DNA from: a virus
IMG/VR virus record: IMGVR_UViG_3300011270_000006
Length of the DNA: 64,000 bases
Direction: 5' to 3' (one strand)
The notes under the pieces were generated by a model. It was not told where the DNA came from. It saw nothing but the letters and a program-made list of their open reading frames with translations, and did no database searches. This document shows positions 9,265 through 19,098 of this stretch, in pieces. Position 1 is the stretch's first letter. The number at the start of each line of letters is the position of its first letter. A program made the position numbers and the translations under genes.

Positions 9265-10173
9265 CTAAGCCGCGCCCTTTGCGGCGGCGATAGCATAATC
9301 GACACGAATCGCCTCGTCATTCGTGATATCGGCAATCTCATCAGCGGTCACCTGACGCTCAACTACCTCAGTAATGTAAACCGCCATGCCGACACGATCA
9401 GCAAACAGTCCCTTCTCCTTGCCCTGCGAAAAGAGAACATTGAGTTGATCGCGTGATGCTTTGCGCACTGGCATCGGAGCACCATCAAGCCATGCTTTGA
9501 GCGTATCAGCCAAACGTCCATCAGGCTTCTCGATGACTTGATTGGCAAGCGCACTGCAACGGCTTTTCTGGACAATGAGAGTGTTGCTGTAATCCATCTC
9601 GAAGAAACAATCAAACTCATACTCAACGTCATTGCGTTGTACTGGAGCCATGCCAACCTTGCGAGGAATATTTCTACCGGTGCGTTCATCACGCTCAAGA
9701 GAATACTCCTGCTTAGAACGCATCGTACAGATGACGTGGAGATGAGCACGTGTTATTGCGTCTATGAGGCGATTCTGAATGGGAGTTGCCTCGCTCCATG
9801 CAGTGAAGGTGTTTGCAGATTTTGAGCGCTTGGCGACGCTCTCAACGATTTCTAATAAGCCTCCTGTACCGCTCCACGCGTGACTGAGCGAATCGATCAC
9901 CAGCACGCCGAAGCCAGCACGCTCAGCCTCGTGGATGATGTCAATAAAATTGTTAGGATGGAAATTATCGAGTTCGATCACGCTGAAATTGAAGAGATCC
10001 GCATATTTTGAGGCACTACCGCGCTCAGTGTCGAGGACGGCCACACCACCGTCACCGGCAAGAGCACTGGCAAGTAGCAGTGAAGTGTAGGTCTTCCCCG
10101 ATCCCGATGGGCCTGCAATAGCGATACGTGCCTTGCTCTCGTGCTTTACTGCTGGTTTGAATGAAAACGCCAT
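9265..10173 (-). CDS. Sak4-like RecA-fold ATPase (AAA_24 family), phage recombination protein
   Basis: Walker A IAIAGPSGSGKTYTS, Walker B VLVIDSLS; size and layout are typical of the phage Sak4/AAA_24 family. Confidence 0.75.
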   Translation of the reverse strand: MAFSFKPAVKHESKARIAIAGPSGSGKTYTSLLLASALAGDGGVAVLDTERGSASKYADLFNFSVIELDNFHPNNFIDIIHEAERAGFGVLVIDSLSHAWSGTGGLLEIVESVAKRSKSANTFTAWSEATPIQNRLIDAITRAHLHVICTMRSKQEYSLERDERTGRNIPRKVGMAPVQRNDVEYEFDCFFEMDYSNTLIVQKSRCSALANQVIEKPDGRLADTLKAWLDGAPMPVRKASRDQLNVLFSQGKEKGLFADRVGMAVYITEVVERQVTADEIADITNDEAIRVDYAIAAAKGAA

Positions 10174-10232
10174 AACCTTACTCCTTAAAATTTATCGATT
10201 AGTGGCGGCAACCGAAGCCACCGCCATCATAA

Positions 10233-10556
10233 CTACATTTCGCCTGTCATTGCGTAGTAGATCGCTACACACGCATCGCATGGGCATTCTTCGCGATAGG
10301 GGTGCGTACTGCCCAAAGCATCGATAGCTTCTCTGTAGAGGGTTATCTTCGTGTCGTAGTAGCCACGATATCCTTCGCGGCTATTCCACACTTGCTGGTC
10401 GTGCTCACCGATTGACGCTTGTGCCTTTTCGATGAGGCGGCTCAACTCCTCGATGACGTTCTGAGACTTCAGCGCATTGATGATGCAATAGTACGCTGCG
10501 TGCTCAGGAGTCCCTTTCACGCTGTTCTCAAAAAGCTGTTGATAGTCTTTTGTCAT
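10233..10556 (-). CDS. hypothetical protein
   Basis: ORF; start moved to 10556 (RBS AAGGTG) to remove a 70-nt overlap. Confidence 0.4.
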   Translation of the reverse strand: MTKDYQQLFENSVKGTPEHAAYYCIINALKSQNVIEELSRLIEKAQASIGEHDQQVWNSREGYRGYYDTKITLYREAIDALGSTHPYREECPCDACVAIYYAMTGEM

Positions 10557-10566
10557 CTCACACCTT

Positions 10567-10890
10567 TTACAGCGTCCTCGCCAATTCTCGTAGCGCCTCG
10601 TTATATGCCTTTGGCGTCTGATCTTCGGCACTTGCATACCATTCCTTCACGTCTGGCCCGATATGCCAGGTGCTACCACGCTGGAGAGGCTTGCGATCCG
10701 TGCGCACGACTGGGGCATCACCAACGAGCTTCTTGGCTTTTGCCATGCTCGCCTCCTCAGTTCCAGCAAAAAAGATGGCGAAGTCATTCTCATCATTATT
10801 GTTCGCCTTACTACATGTCCACCATTTTCTACCGTCATGCCACTGGGCAATCACGTGAAGATCAACAATGACAATCCGATACTGGGTCAT
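10567..10890 (-). CDS. hypothetical protein
   Basis: ORF; start at 10890 with RBS AGGAGAA. Confidence 0.45.
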   Translation of the reverse strand: MTQYRIVIVDLHVIAQWHDGRKWWTCSKANNNDENDFAIFFAGTEEASMAKAKKLVGDAPVVRTDRKPLQRGSTWHIGPDVKEWYASAEDQTPKAYNEALRELARTL

Positions 10891-11024
10891 AGCTTCTCCT
10901 GTTGTGTCTCTTTTTGTTTCAAAATCACCGTTCGCAACGCTATCGAGGATGTGGCATTCCTCGTCTAACTTATCATTCCACCAGGGAGGTGTAGTGTTGC
11001 CTACACCTCCCAACAAACTGCGGA

Positions 11025-11441
11025 CTACTTGCACAGACAAGCCCCGCACAGCTGTCCGTCATGCTCTAATTTGACGATGTGTCCGCAACAGCCGTAGCCG
11101 TGCGACACCCGCTTTGTAGACGCGAGCGAATTGTATTCGTTCGTCTCAAGCGCATCGATAGCATCTTTGATAGCGTTCTGTACGGAAATCGTGCCGATGC
11201 GTTGTGATAGTGTCTCATCATACGTGGGGAGATCAATGCTCAACAATGCGGTCATGTGATAGCATGGTTTGCGTGACTCACAAGTACAGGAACCGGAGCC
11301 ATCAGGCTTTACCTGAGTGAAATAGACCTGACCTCTGTCATTGCAGATACGAGCGCATTTGATGCCGCTCGGCTTTGTAAAACCATGCTCAACGACAATG
11401 GTGCGATCTTTTTTGCGGCTATCTTTTACTACGATGTTCAT
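11025..11441 (-). CDS. SWIM zinc-finger domain protein
   Basis: CTCESRKPCYHMTALL matches the SWIM CxCx(n)CxH signature; first gene of the leftward operon. Confidence 0.5.
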   Translation of the reverse strand: MNIVVKDSRKKDRTIVVEHGFTKPSGIKCARICNDRGQVYFTQVKPDGSGSCTCESRKPCYHMTALLSIDLPTYDETLSQRIGTISVQNAIKDAIDALETNEYNSLASTKRVSHGYGCCGHIVKLEHDGQLCGACLCK

Positions 11442-11531
11442 TGTGCTACAATCCTCTCGACTAATCGCCGCTTCCTCTGTGTCTTGACGGGCCAGGTGGA
11501 GGGCGATTTCTTTATTTCTCTCAACACAAGT

Positions 11532-11560
11532 AGTTTATCATCATAACGATGAATTGTCAA
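11532..11560 (-). promoter_or_regulatory. leftward sigma70-like promoter with embedded TCATCgTtATGATGA operator (site A)
   Basis: Minus strand reads TTGACAattcatcgttatgatgaTAAACT; 17-bp spacer; shares the core with sites B and C. Confidence 0.45.
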
Positions 11561-11587
11561 CACATTTTTGCGCCAATTTTAGCGGAA

Positions 11588-11616
11588 TTGACAAATTCAT
11601 CATAATGGGTTATTAC
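11588..11616 (+). promoter_or_regulatory. rightward promoter with operator half-site (site B)
   Basis: TTGACAaattcatcataatgggtTATTAC, 17-bp spacer. Confidence 0.4.
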
Positions 11617-11654
11617 TTATGCATGATCATTACACAAACAAAAGGAGCATGGGC

Positions 11655-11975
11655 ATGCCGAGAATAAAAGAGGAAATAAGGGCACTTTCTGATGATGAAT
11701 TACTGGCACTTGGGGCGAAAGTTGTCTCAACCTCTATGATACCCGCTATCTGGCATCAAAAAACAGGCGAAACCTATACGCGTACTGCACCATTACAAGC
11801 AAAGAAAAAGGGGCGCATTACCCCTATGGGGCAAAATAGAAGCGCTCTTTACTTCTGGCGCGATGAAGTAGAGAAAGCTGTTGCAGAAGGATCGAAGCGA
11901 GGACGCAAGATGCTAAGTGATGAAAAGCCAATGCTCCCAAGAACTGATAAACAAATGCTTGACAATTCATCATAA
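11655..11975 (+). CDS. hypothetical protein
   Basis: Start at 11655 (MPRIKEE) is 7 nt after RBS AAAGGAG; basic protein. Confidence 0.5.
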   Translation: MPRIKEEIRALSDDELLALGAKVVSTSMIPAIWHQKTGETYTRTAPLQAKKKGRITPMGQNRSALYFWRDEVEKAVAEGSKRGRKMLSDEKPMLPRTDKQMLDNSS

Positions 11976-11986
11976 TGATGATAATA
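11958..11986 (+). promoter_or_regulatory. sigma70-like promoter TTGACA-17-TAATAT with perfect palindromic operator TCATCATaATGATGA (site C)
   Basis: Palindrome at 11966-11980 lies exactly in the spacer; directly upstream of the gene at 12032. Confidence 0.55.
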
Positions 11987-12031
11987 TGTCTCTTGTAAGC
12001 AAAAGTTATTTAGCGATAGGAGATAGAGAAA

Positions 12032-12412
12032 ATGGCAAGACAAAGTAAGAATGACACACTGTTTCAGAGCAAATCATTGCCAGAACTCAAGGCACTACAC
12101 ACGGCGATCACAGCGCGATTGAATGAGTTCATCAAAGATGAGAACGAGGCACAGGTCATTACCTACAGAGGCTTACAGGCGTCTATTGAAGCCCACATGA
12201 TCAAGAAGTCCCTACTCTCTGAGGAGGGATACAAGGGATATCGTCTAGAATACGATGAGTGCGTCTTAGAGTACACGTTACGGCAACATTCCAAGTATGG
12301 ATGGGATTACTATGGTGGCTTCACGCATGGCAATGTGAAGTCATACAAGAGTCTGAGCCGCGCCATTATCGGTGTGCTGAACATCATCAATAAACAGGAG
12401 GCGAAACAATGA
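12032..12412 (+). CDS. hypothetical protein
   Basis: ORF 126 aa. Confidence 0.5.
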   Translation: MARQSKNDTLFQSKSLPELKALHTAITARLNEFIKDENEAQVITYRGLQASIEAHMIKKSLLSEEGYKGYRLEYDECVLEYTLRQHSKYGWDYYGGFTHGNVKSYKSLSRAIIGVLNIINKQEAKQ

Positions 12413-12639
12413 CGACACTACAGCAAAAAGAGCAGCGTATCCAGGCCCATGTCGCAGGTTGGTATCACCTGCGTCTGGACGATGGACAAGACGGCGACCC
12501 AGTCTTCGAGTCCACTACCTTTGACGGAGTGGATACATGGACTCTCATCATAGCGACGGCTACGCATGGACGAGAGCGTGTGACTGTGCATAGCGACGGC
12601 GAAACCTGGGAGGAGATTCATAACTCGAACCGCATTTAA
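12409..12639 (+). CDS. hypothetical protein
   Basis: ORF 76 aa, 4-nt overlap with the upstream gene. Confidence 0.45.
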   Translation: MTTLQQKEQRIQAHVAGWYHLRLDDGQDGDPVFESTTFDGVDTWTLIIATATHGRERVTVHSDGETWEEIHNSNRI

Positions 12640-12652
12640 TGACAATTCATTC

Positions 12653-12689
12653 AGACGCTACCGATGAGAGTAGCGTCTTTTCTTTGCTC
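12653..12689 (+). terminator. intrinsic terminator
   Basis: AGACGCTA-ccgatgagag-TAGCGTCT followed by TTTCTTTGCTC; preceded by a partial copy of the GACAATTCAT operator core at 12642-12651. Confidence 0.55.
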
Positions 12690-12791
12690 TCCTCGCTTCA
12701 TTCCTCACCAGCACATTCCTCACATGAACGCTCGTTTATGCACGCCTCACGTACAATGGAAAGAAGAACACATTGAGGAGGTTGAACTACC

Positions 12792-13100
12792 ATGTATTTG
12801 TTCCTACGATCCATCTTTCACCGCATACGCCTTATAGCGCTCCGAGACGCGTTTCTGCTGGATCAGTGCCAGCGATGCGGTATTGCACACGCCGCTATCC
12901 TGGAGCACACGCAGCAGGCGTTAGAGACACGTACCATCGAGACTGCCGACACGATAGCAATGCCACAAATCACGGCACCGCTCCCACTCGCCGATGAGGG
13001 GCTATTTGACGATGATAGCGATACGCGTAGAACGATGAAGATCCACAAAGTATGGCGGCGATCCAATGGTGGCAACGCTGAGGAACACATTCGATTCTAG
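12792..13100 (+). CDS. hypothetical protein (weak)
   Basis: ORF 102 aa with RBS GAGGAGG 11 nt upstream. Confidence 0.3.
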   Translation: MYLFLRSIFHRIRLIALRDAFLLDQCQRCGIAHAAILEHTQQALETRTIETADTIAMPQITAPLPLADEGLFDDDSDTRRTMKIHKVWRRSNGGNAEEHIRF

Positions 13101-13166
13101 CCTCTTGCATTTTGCACTGCGATATGGCAATCTTAGCTCAGACAAAAAGCAAGCAGCAAGGCAAGG

Positions 13167-14018
13167 ATGTGGATGATGGAAGACAATCACTACTTTATCG
13201 ACGTAGAACATCAGGCAGAGATGGCACGGTTGTTGGTGCAGGAGAGCCTGTTGAATGCTCACATGGGCGGGCTGCCAGAGCGCGGCAACGACTTCTCAGC
13301 GATCCATAAGGTTCTCGATATCGGTTGTGGTCCTGCCGGGTGGCTCCTCGATATTGCAGCCACACAACCATCGGTGAGTGTGGTAGGCATCGACATCAGC
13401 CAGATGATGATTACGTATGCACAGGCACAAGCACAGGCACATGGACTCAGCAATACATCCTTTGCTCTCATGGACGCAACACAACCGCTCTCCTTCGCCG
13501 ATGGATCTTTTGATCTTGTCAACGGACGGCACCTCATTAGTTTCCTTCGCGGGGATCAGTGGCCGGATCTCCTGCGTGAGTGCTATAGGATCACCAGGCC
13601 AAGTGGCATAATCCGCTTGGTCGGCACGGAACTCTCTGGTATCACGAACTCACCCGCTTTCCACCGGGCCGTCAATCTCTTTATCGAGGCACTGCAAAAA
13701 GCTGGACGCGGACTGACGCCACTGAGTCCGACAATCGGCGTTATGGCGCAGCTTGCACAACTGGTAAGCGAGGCTGGTTATGAGAATGTGCAACTCTATC
13801 CCTATCTCATTGACTTCTCGGCTGGAACGAATGGGCATCAAGCCACCTATGAAGATTGGAGTGTCGGCTATAAACTGGTAATGCCATTCCTCTCAAAACG
13901 CACAGGCACACCTCTCGCAGAGTTAGAACAACACTACCAGGATATGCTTGTGGATCTAGCATTGCCAACCTTTCGAGGCTATACCGACCTCTACTCAATC
14001 GTAGCAAGGAAGTCGTAG
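13167..14018 (+). CDS. class I SAM-dependent methyltransferase
   Basis: Motif I VLDIGCGPAGW, acidic motif II GIDIS, motif III FDLV; small-molecule/RNA methyltransferase fold (type 11/12). Confidence 0.75.
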   Translation: MWMMEDNHYFIDVEHQAEMARLLVQESLLNAHMGGLPERGNDFSAIHKVLDIGCGPAGWLLDIAATQPSVSVVGIDISQMMITYAQAQAQAHGLSNTSFALMDATQPLSFADGSFDLVNGRHLISFLRGDQWPDLLRECYRITRPSGIIRLVGTELSGITNSPAFHRAVNLFIEALQKAGRGLTPLSPTIGVMAQLAQLVSEAGYENVQLYPYLIDFSAGTNGHQATYEDWSVGYKLVMPFLSKRTGTPLAELEQHYQDMLVDLALPTFRGYTDLYSIVARKS

Positions 14019-14936
14019 CAAGTCTTGCTCCATTTGATGTAACACCTCCCACTCTCGCTGCTGGCGTGAAGCAAAGGGCATCTGCTGAAGACACTCCGTC
14101 ATCCTCTGACGATAATGCGCCACATGATCCTGCTCATGAAAGGGTGGGTATGCGAGGAGCGCAATCTGCTCAGGTGCATACCACTCGTTCGCATGAAATA
14201 CACATCCGAGGAGATCACAATATTGATCAAGATACGAGCGGTGGGACGCTGAGAAGGAGTCTAACTGCGTGCTTGCCACCATGATACCACCTGCAATAGC
14301 GGTGCCTCGTCGTATAATGCCGGTTGCCATGCTCAAGGCACCATTAATAGGCGGACTTGTGAAGAGAGTGCAGCGCATATCAGGGATGTAAAGCGATTTT
14401 TGTTCCATCACGGAGCGGCCAATAAAGGACTCACATCCCACAAAGCGACGTTCACTCCAGATAGTGGAGAGCCAGGGACGTGAGCCAATCCCACAACGAA
14501 GTAACAAACTTCTTACCTGCTTATCAGAGGAGGGAAAGCAGCAGAAGAGGATAATACAGACGCCTTGCTGCATCGAGTCGAGGAGTCCGCGCATCTGTAT
14601 CAGTGCCAGTTGCGTTGCGGTCGGAAAGCGCAATTCAGGAGGCGAAGTCGTAGCGGCTTGTATCACATTCTCACGAAAGGCGGGCGGTATGGTAAGCGCC
14701 TCCTCACACTCATCTGTATAGTGCTGCATTACCTCGTCATCACGCAACGCGTAGAACATCTGAGCACGCTCCACAAGCGGCAAGGTCATCAGCAGACGCC
14801 GAAAGGTGGCATCATGAGGCGTCGTTTGTCCGTCAATCCAACGCCGAAATGTGCGTTCATTGACATCCAGACTCAGCACGAGCCTCCGTCTGGTATTCGT
14901 TGCCAAACCAGCCAATACCGCTCTCCAAGTATGCAT
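13995..14936 (-). CDS. putative transcriptional regulator (N-terminal HTH plus GAF-like sensor domain)
   Basis: N-terminal ERTFRRWIDGQTTPHDATFRRLL HTH-like; central SLYIPDMRCTL...GIIRRGTAIAGGIMVAS resembles a GAF ligand-binding fold. Confidence 0.4.
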   Translation of the reverse strand: MHTWRAVLAGLATNTRRRLVLSLDVNERTFRRWIDGQTTPHDATFRRLLMTLPLVERAQMFYALRDDEVMQHYTDECEEALTIPPAFRENVIQAATTSPPELRFPTATQLALIQMRGLLDSMQQGVCIILFCCFPSSDKQVRSLLLRCGIGSRPWLSTIWSERRFVGCESFIGRSVMEQKSLYIPDMRCTLFTSPPINGALSMATGIIRRGTAIAGGIMVASTQLDSFSASHRSYLDQYCDLLGCVFHANEWYAPEQIALLAYPPFHEQDHVAHYRQRMTECLQQMPFASRQQREWEVLHQMEQDLLRLPCYD

Positions 14937-15297
14937 AACATCACCGCCTTTCTCACACGTAAACAGGATTTCTCTGCTTTCAAGTATAGCGGTGCTGTCA
15001 AAATGTCACAATTTTTTAAAGATTTTCTGACATTTGTGTGATATTCATTGCAAAAGGCTGTGGTAGTATGGTACTGTTACCATGCTATTTAAAATAAAAA
15101 AGAGAGCAAACCCTCGGCGGTGTAGTGCCGAAGACCTGCTCTCCAGAAACAAGACGTACGTAGGTTGTAATTGATAGTGCGGCCTGCGTACATCATATAG
15201 TGCGTTGCGCACATCATACGAGCATTGATGAGAATTGTCAACGCTTTGTTCTGTGCTGTCCTGCAACGCTACTCGACTTGAGGGAAGGTGGCGGCAC

Positions 15298-15735
15298 ATG
15301 GGAAATCCAAATCCTTATGAACTCAATGGATACGACCTGAGAAAAGTCTTCCAGGATAGAGATCTCAGTCTCACCGAGAGATACACGGTAATCGCGCTCA
15401 TTTGCTGGCTCACAGAGAGCGGCGGAGGCAATATACCGACGCGTGAGTTCGCGACACTAAGCGGACAATCTGCTGGCAATATTGGAAAGCAATTGTATTC
15501 ACTGATTAGCAAAGAGGCGATCACAGCAGATAAACGTGCCAACACCACGCACAAGGACTCTTGGGCGATTGATCAGGTGAAGAAATATCGTATCGATCAG
15601 GTGATCCAACCACCAGAGAACCATGAGCACGTCTACCACATCAAACACGAGGAATTGGGACGTATAACCGTAACAGTTGCCATTCCGTTTCAGGAAAATG
15701 GGAAGAGCAACGGGAAAATACCTGAGCCAATATAG
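15298..15735 (+). CDS. hypothetical winged-helix-like protein
   Basis: Start at 15298 with RBS GGAAGGTGG; LSLTERYTVIALICWL...IPTREFATLSGQSAGNIGKQL looks like a wHTH. Confidence 0.45.
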   Translation: MGNPNPYELNGYDLRKVFQDRDLSLTERYTVIALICWLTESGGGNIPTREFATLSGQSAGNIGKQLYSLISKEAITADKRANTTHKDSWAIDQVKKYRIDQVIQPPENHEHVYHIKHEELGRITVTVAIPFQENGKSNGKIPEPI

Positions 15736-15928
15736 CATCCATTAGTCCTATTTTGGGTTACCTCCGCATTGCCATAGCCTCCTTCTGTCCTCTTTACTGC
15801 TCACTCTACGAGCAGATGCGCTCATACTGTGTACACTTGTTCCATTGCATTTTTCCTCAATTTCGCTACACTTAATTACATCATGCTTAAAGTGCAATTG
15901 TTGTACAAGAAGTAGTTGAGGTTGATAT

Positions 15929-16306
15929 ATGAAAATAGGCATTGTGGAATTGCATTCTGGATTGCACGGACTCTTGAGAGATGCGCTTCTTCTCAGTAAC
16001 TTCGCCTCTATTGGTATCGATGAGCAGACGGCGTTACAAGAGGTTGCCCTCATTATCATTCATCCCAATTCTAATCGCAGCCAAGATGATCAGATTAGAG
16101 ATTGGCACGAGCAACATATCCCAATTGTGATGCTCTCCTGCTTTGAGAGTAAGGATTACTTTCTCGCTCAAGAGATTGACGCTCCTATTTTCTACATCCC
16201 CTTCGCGATCAGGGACGTGGTGGAGGCGGTAGCAGGTATAACGTATTGTGCCCGCTATGCGCCTGGACACCCATCCACTCCTGCACAAACCAGAAGATAC
16301 GCCTGA
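15929..16306 (+). CDS. pseudo-receiver (REC-like) domain protein lacking the phospho-acceptor Asp
   Basis: MKIGIVELHSG...ALIIIHPN...IPIVMLSC follows the CheY fold pattern, but the acidic pocket and conserved D are replaced. Confidence 0.4.
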   Translation: MKIGIVELHSGLHGLLRDALLLSNFASIGIDEQTALQEVALIIIHPNSNRSQDDQIRDWHEQHIPIVMLSCFESKDYFLAQEIDAPIFYIPFAIRDVVEAVAGITYCARYAPGHPSTPAQTRRYA

Positions 16307-16308
16307 TA

Positions 16309-16566
16309 TTATCGTTGTAGGAGTCTTCTGAGTTGCGCTTGCACCCATCGTTTCGCCGGTGCAAGGTAGTCATGGAGAGGATTGCCGTCGAAATAGACAC
16401 CGAGATGGTACACCGACTGGATCTCGAATGTGTGTCTCTGTTCAGCACACGCTCTTTCTTGCGGTGGCCTGTGTGGTGGCTCTTCATGATGAATGGCGCG
16501 TAGATGCGCATCGGTTGTGGGTAGAGGGACGCGCGACGGGGACCACTCGAATAACTCTGAAGCCAT
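16309..16566 (-). CDS. hypothetical protein (weak)
   Basis: ORF 85 aa, convergent with neighbours. Confidence 0.25.
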   Translation of the reverse strand: MASELFEWSPSRVPLPTTDAHLRAIHHEEPPHRPPQERACAEQRHTFEIQSVYHLGVYFDGNPLHDYLAPAKRWVQAQLRRLLQR

Positions 16567-16707
16567 AGTGAACCGCCTCCTTTGGACAGGTAAGTAAACT
16601 TCTATCTATATCTCATTGTAGCTATCGCACATAATACGAGCAGTAAAGCAAAGCAAGGAGGAGTTATGCAGTGGTAACCATCACCTTACAGAAAAACTAT
16701 CGAGATC

Positions 16708-17142
16708 ATGGTAACACGATTAGTCAAAAACGGCGTGATGACAGAGAAAGAGGAGGACATACTGGGTACTGGCGATATGACGCCATGCATCGAAGTCATA
16801 GGCGACTTTGAGGCGTTGGATCTGAACGATATGGATGTCTGGGGCGGACATCTCAAGTTTTCCATCAGAGACATGGAAGCCAAAGACGAAGAGGAAATAC
16901 AAGCACGGGGATGGATAGCCATGCAATCGCCAGAGCTTGCCACACTCTTTACGGCGAAGGCAGCCATGCTCGTGTACAAGCAGGTGACGATCATCACGCG
17001 CACGACGACCATCGTAGAGCAGATGGTGGATGGCATCGTACAAGACCGCCAGCAAGACGTACAGGAGCGGGAAAGCGAGGAGTGGCAGGATATCACACGC
17101 GAATTCGGCAAGCGTAGCCAGAACCATTTCGGGTGGTCTTGA
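16708..17142 (+). CDS. hypothetical acidic protein
   Basis: ORF 144 aa. Confidence 0.45.
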   Translation: MVTRLVKNGVMTEKEEDILGTGDMTPCIEVIGDFEALDLNDMDVWGGHLKFSIRDMEAKDEEEIQARGWIAMQSPELATLFTAKAAMLVYKQVTIITRTTTIVEQMVDGIVQDRQQDVQERESEEWQDITREFGKRSQNHFGWS

Positions 17143-17193
17143 TTTGATGCCATCGCCACGATTGCGTCAACTTAGGACAGAGGAGGGTGGAAG

Positions 17194-17373
17194 ATGTTAT
17201 ATCCACTAGGTCAGGCACTATTCTGGCTGATTATCGTTGTATTCACGCTTTATCTGCTACGCATACCTATCGCACGCTTTGTTGGATACGCAAAACAAAG
17301 GTTATCTACAGATAAACGGGATGTTATACAAGAATATCATCAAGGATTAGAAAAGAAAGAAGAAGACAGGTAG
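17194..17373 (+). CDS. small membrane protein (59 aa), not in the ORF track
   Basis: ATG at 17194 is 4 nt after GGAGGGTGGAAG; one TM (LFWLIIVVFTLYLL); stops 1 nt before the SPFH gene. Confidence 0.5.
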   Translation: MLYPLGQALFWLIIVVFTLYLLRIPIARFVGYAKQRLSTDKRDVIQEYHQGLEKKEEDR

Positions 17374-17374
17374 T

Positions 17375-18289
17375 ATGGGAGATTATTTCGAGGAGCATAC
17401 GGTGGGCTGCCTTGCAACCATCATGGTTGTTATTGTTGTGGCTATCCTCGTCGGGGGCTTTGCCTCCAGTTACAAGCGCATTGATCCAGGCAATGCGGGA
17501 ATCCTCGTCAATTATGCCGCTGGCAGTAGTGCAGGCAAACCGGAAATCCAGCCGCTTGCAACGGGACAATACGTGTTCATTCCGCCATTTTCGGGCAGCA
17601 CGTTGATCGAGTACCCGATTGCACAACAACAACTGGTGCTCTCCTCCAATAGCGCAGAAGGCGAATTATCAGGCGATTCTACCATTGCCTGTCAGATGAG
17701 CGGTGGCGGCGTACTCAACATCGGGCTGACGATCAATTGGCAAGTGAATAGCCAGCACCCTGAGACACTTTATCTGAAAAAGCCGAATGTACCACTCACC
17801 TCGTCACTCAACAATGACATCAACACCACCATCGTCTATGGCGCGGTGCGTAGTGACTTGCTGGATCTCTGCACACGCTACACCTGGCAAGATGTCCTGG
17901 GAGATGGCACCGGTCCGTCGAATAGCGACCAACTCAAAGCCAGGCTCTTCAAGGCATTACAAAGCGACCTTACGCCAGATGGCATCGTCGTCAATCAGGT
18001 GTTTCTGAACGAGCGTAGACCGGACGCGACGATACAGGCGGTGCTCAATGCACGTAATGAGGCACAGAAGAGTGCGTACTTGAAGCAGCAGGCACAATAT
18101 CAAGCTGATGCAGAGGTAGCAAAAGCCAATGGTGATGCGCAGTCCATAGCCATCATCAACGCGCAATTGGCGAAGTCGCCAGAGTACATCAACTACCTCA
18201 TCGCGCAGAAGTGGGACGGGAAGTTGCCGCAATATCTCAATACCAACGGCAACGCGAACCCGGTACTTGCCTCGCTCGGTGGAAAGTGA
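17375..18289 (+). CDS. SPFH/band-7 (prohibitin/HflK-C-like) domain membrane protein
   Basis: N-terminal TM then IDPGNAGILVNY...; C-terminal coiled coil rich in AQ/EAQ, typical of the SPFH family. Confidence 0.75.
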   Translation: MGDYFEEHTVGCLATIMVVIVVAILVGGFASSYKRIDPGNAGILVNYAAGSSAGKPEIQPLATGQYVFIPPFSGSTLIEYPIAQQQLVLSSNSAEGELSGDSTIACQMSGGGVLNIGLTINWQVNSQHPETLYLKKPNVPLTSSLNNDINTTIVYGAVRSDLLDLCTRYTWQDVLGDGTGPSNSDQLKARLFKALQSDLTPDGIVVNQVFLNERRPDATIQAVLNARNEAQKSAYLKQQAQYQADAEVAKANGDAQSIAIINAQLAKSPEYINYLIAQKWDGKLPQYLNTNGNANPVLASLGGK

Positions 18290-18361
18290 CAAAGCGCATC
18301 TAGACATCTATGATAGAATCAGCACTACCTAATTCGGAAGATTGAAGGGAAGACGTAATTC

Positions 18362-19093
18362 ATGAGTCATCTAGCCCAAGTTATTGCAGTTGAGAAGGAC
18401 ACCAAAGAGAAAGCCGCTCAACACCTCACCCACACCCGCAACATTTTCGGCAATCGCAATCTCTTTTCCGGCCTGGCACGCACCTACACCCCAAAAGAGG
18501 AGGATGGTGAGCAGTTGCCGCCTGAGTCCAACCGCGTCCAGCACAAAGTTGCCTCCGTCCTCAAAGATGCACAAGAAAGTCTCGTAGCCCTCTTCGATGT
18601 GGTGGCAACCAAAGACTATACCAACTGCGTCGCTAAAGCCAATATTGTTGTCGATGGCAAAGTCCTGCTCTCGGATGTGCCAGCTACCTACATCCTCTTT
18701 CTGGAGAAGCAGGTAGCAGAGTTACTGGCATTTGTAAAAACCATACCAGTTCTGGACGCTGCTGAAGACTGGCGATACGATACCACACAGGACTATTGGG
18801 CAACGCCACATGTTGAGACGATCCGCTCTCGCAAGGTGATGCGCAACCATACGCTCTCTGAGGCCACGCCACATCATCCAGCACAGGTACAGGTGTACGC
18901 TGAAGACATCCCGGCTGGACGCTGGCGAACCGTGAAGTACAGTGGTGCAATACAGGCTAATGATCACAATGCCATGATCGCCCGTATCGAGAAGTTGCAG
19001 AAGGCCATCAAGTTTGCACGTGAGGACGCCAATCGCCACGAGGCATTACAGCAGCACGTTGGCGAAACGGTGTTGACCTATGTCTTCGGATAA
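18362..19093 (+). CDS. hypothetical protein
   Basis: ORF 243 aa, co-operonic with the SPFH gene. Confidence 0.5.
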   Translation: MSHLAQVIAVEKDTKEKAAQHLTHTRNIFGNRNLFSGLARTYTPKEEDGEQLPPESNRVQHKVASVLKDAQESLVALFDVVATKDYTNCVAKANIVVDGKVLLSDVPATYILFLEKQVAELLAFVKTIPVLDAAEDWRYDTTQDYWATPHVETIRSRKVMRNHTLSEATPHHPAQVQVYAEDIPAGRWRTVKYSGAIQANDHNAMIARIEKLQKAIKFAREDANRHEALQQHVGETVLTYVFG

Positions 19094-19098
19094 CCATC

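Noticed and set aside
16686-17159. Minus-strand ORFs 16686-17159 and 16720-17127, and plus-strand ORF 16911-17117
   Set aside because: They are embedded in or opposite the plus-strand gene 16708-17142, and their compositionally biased translations suggest frame shadows.
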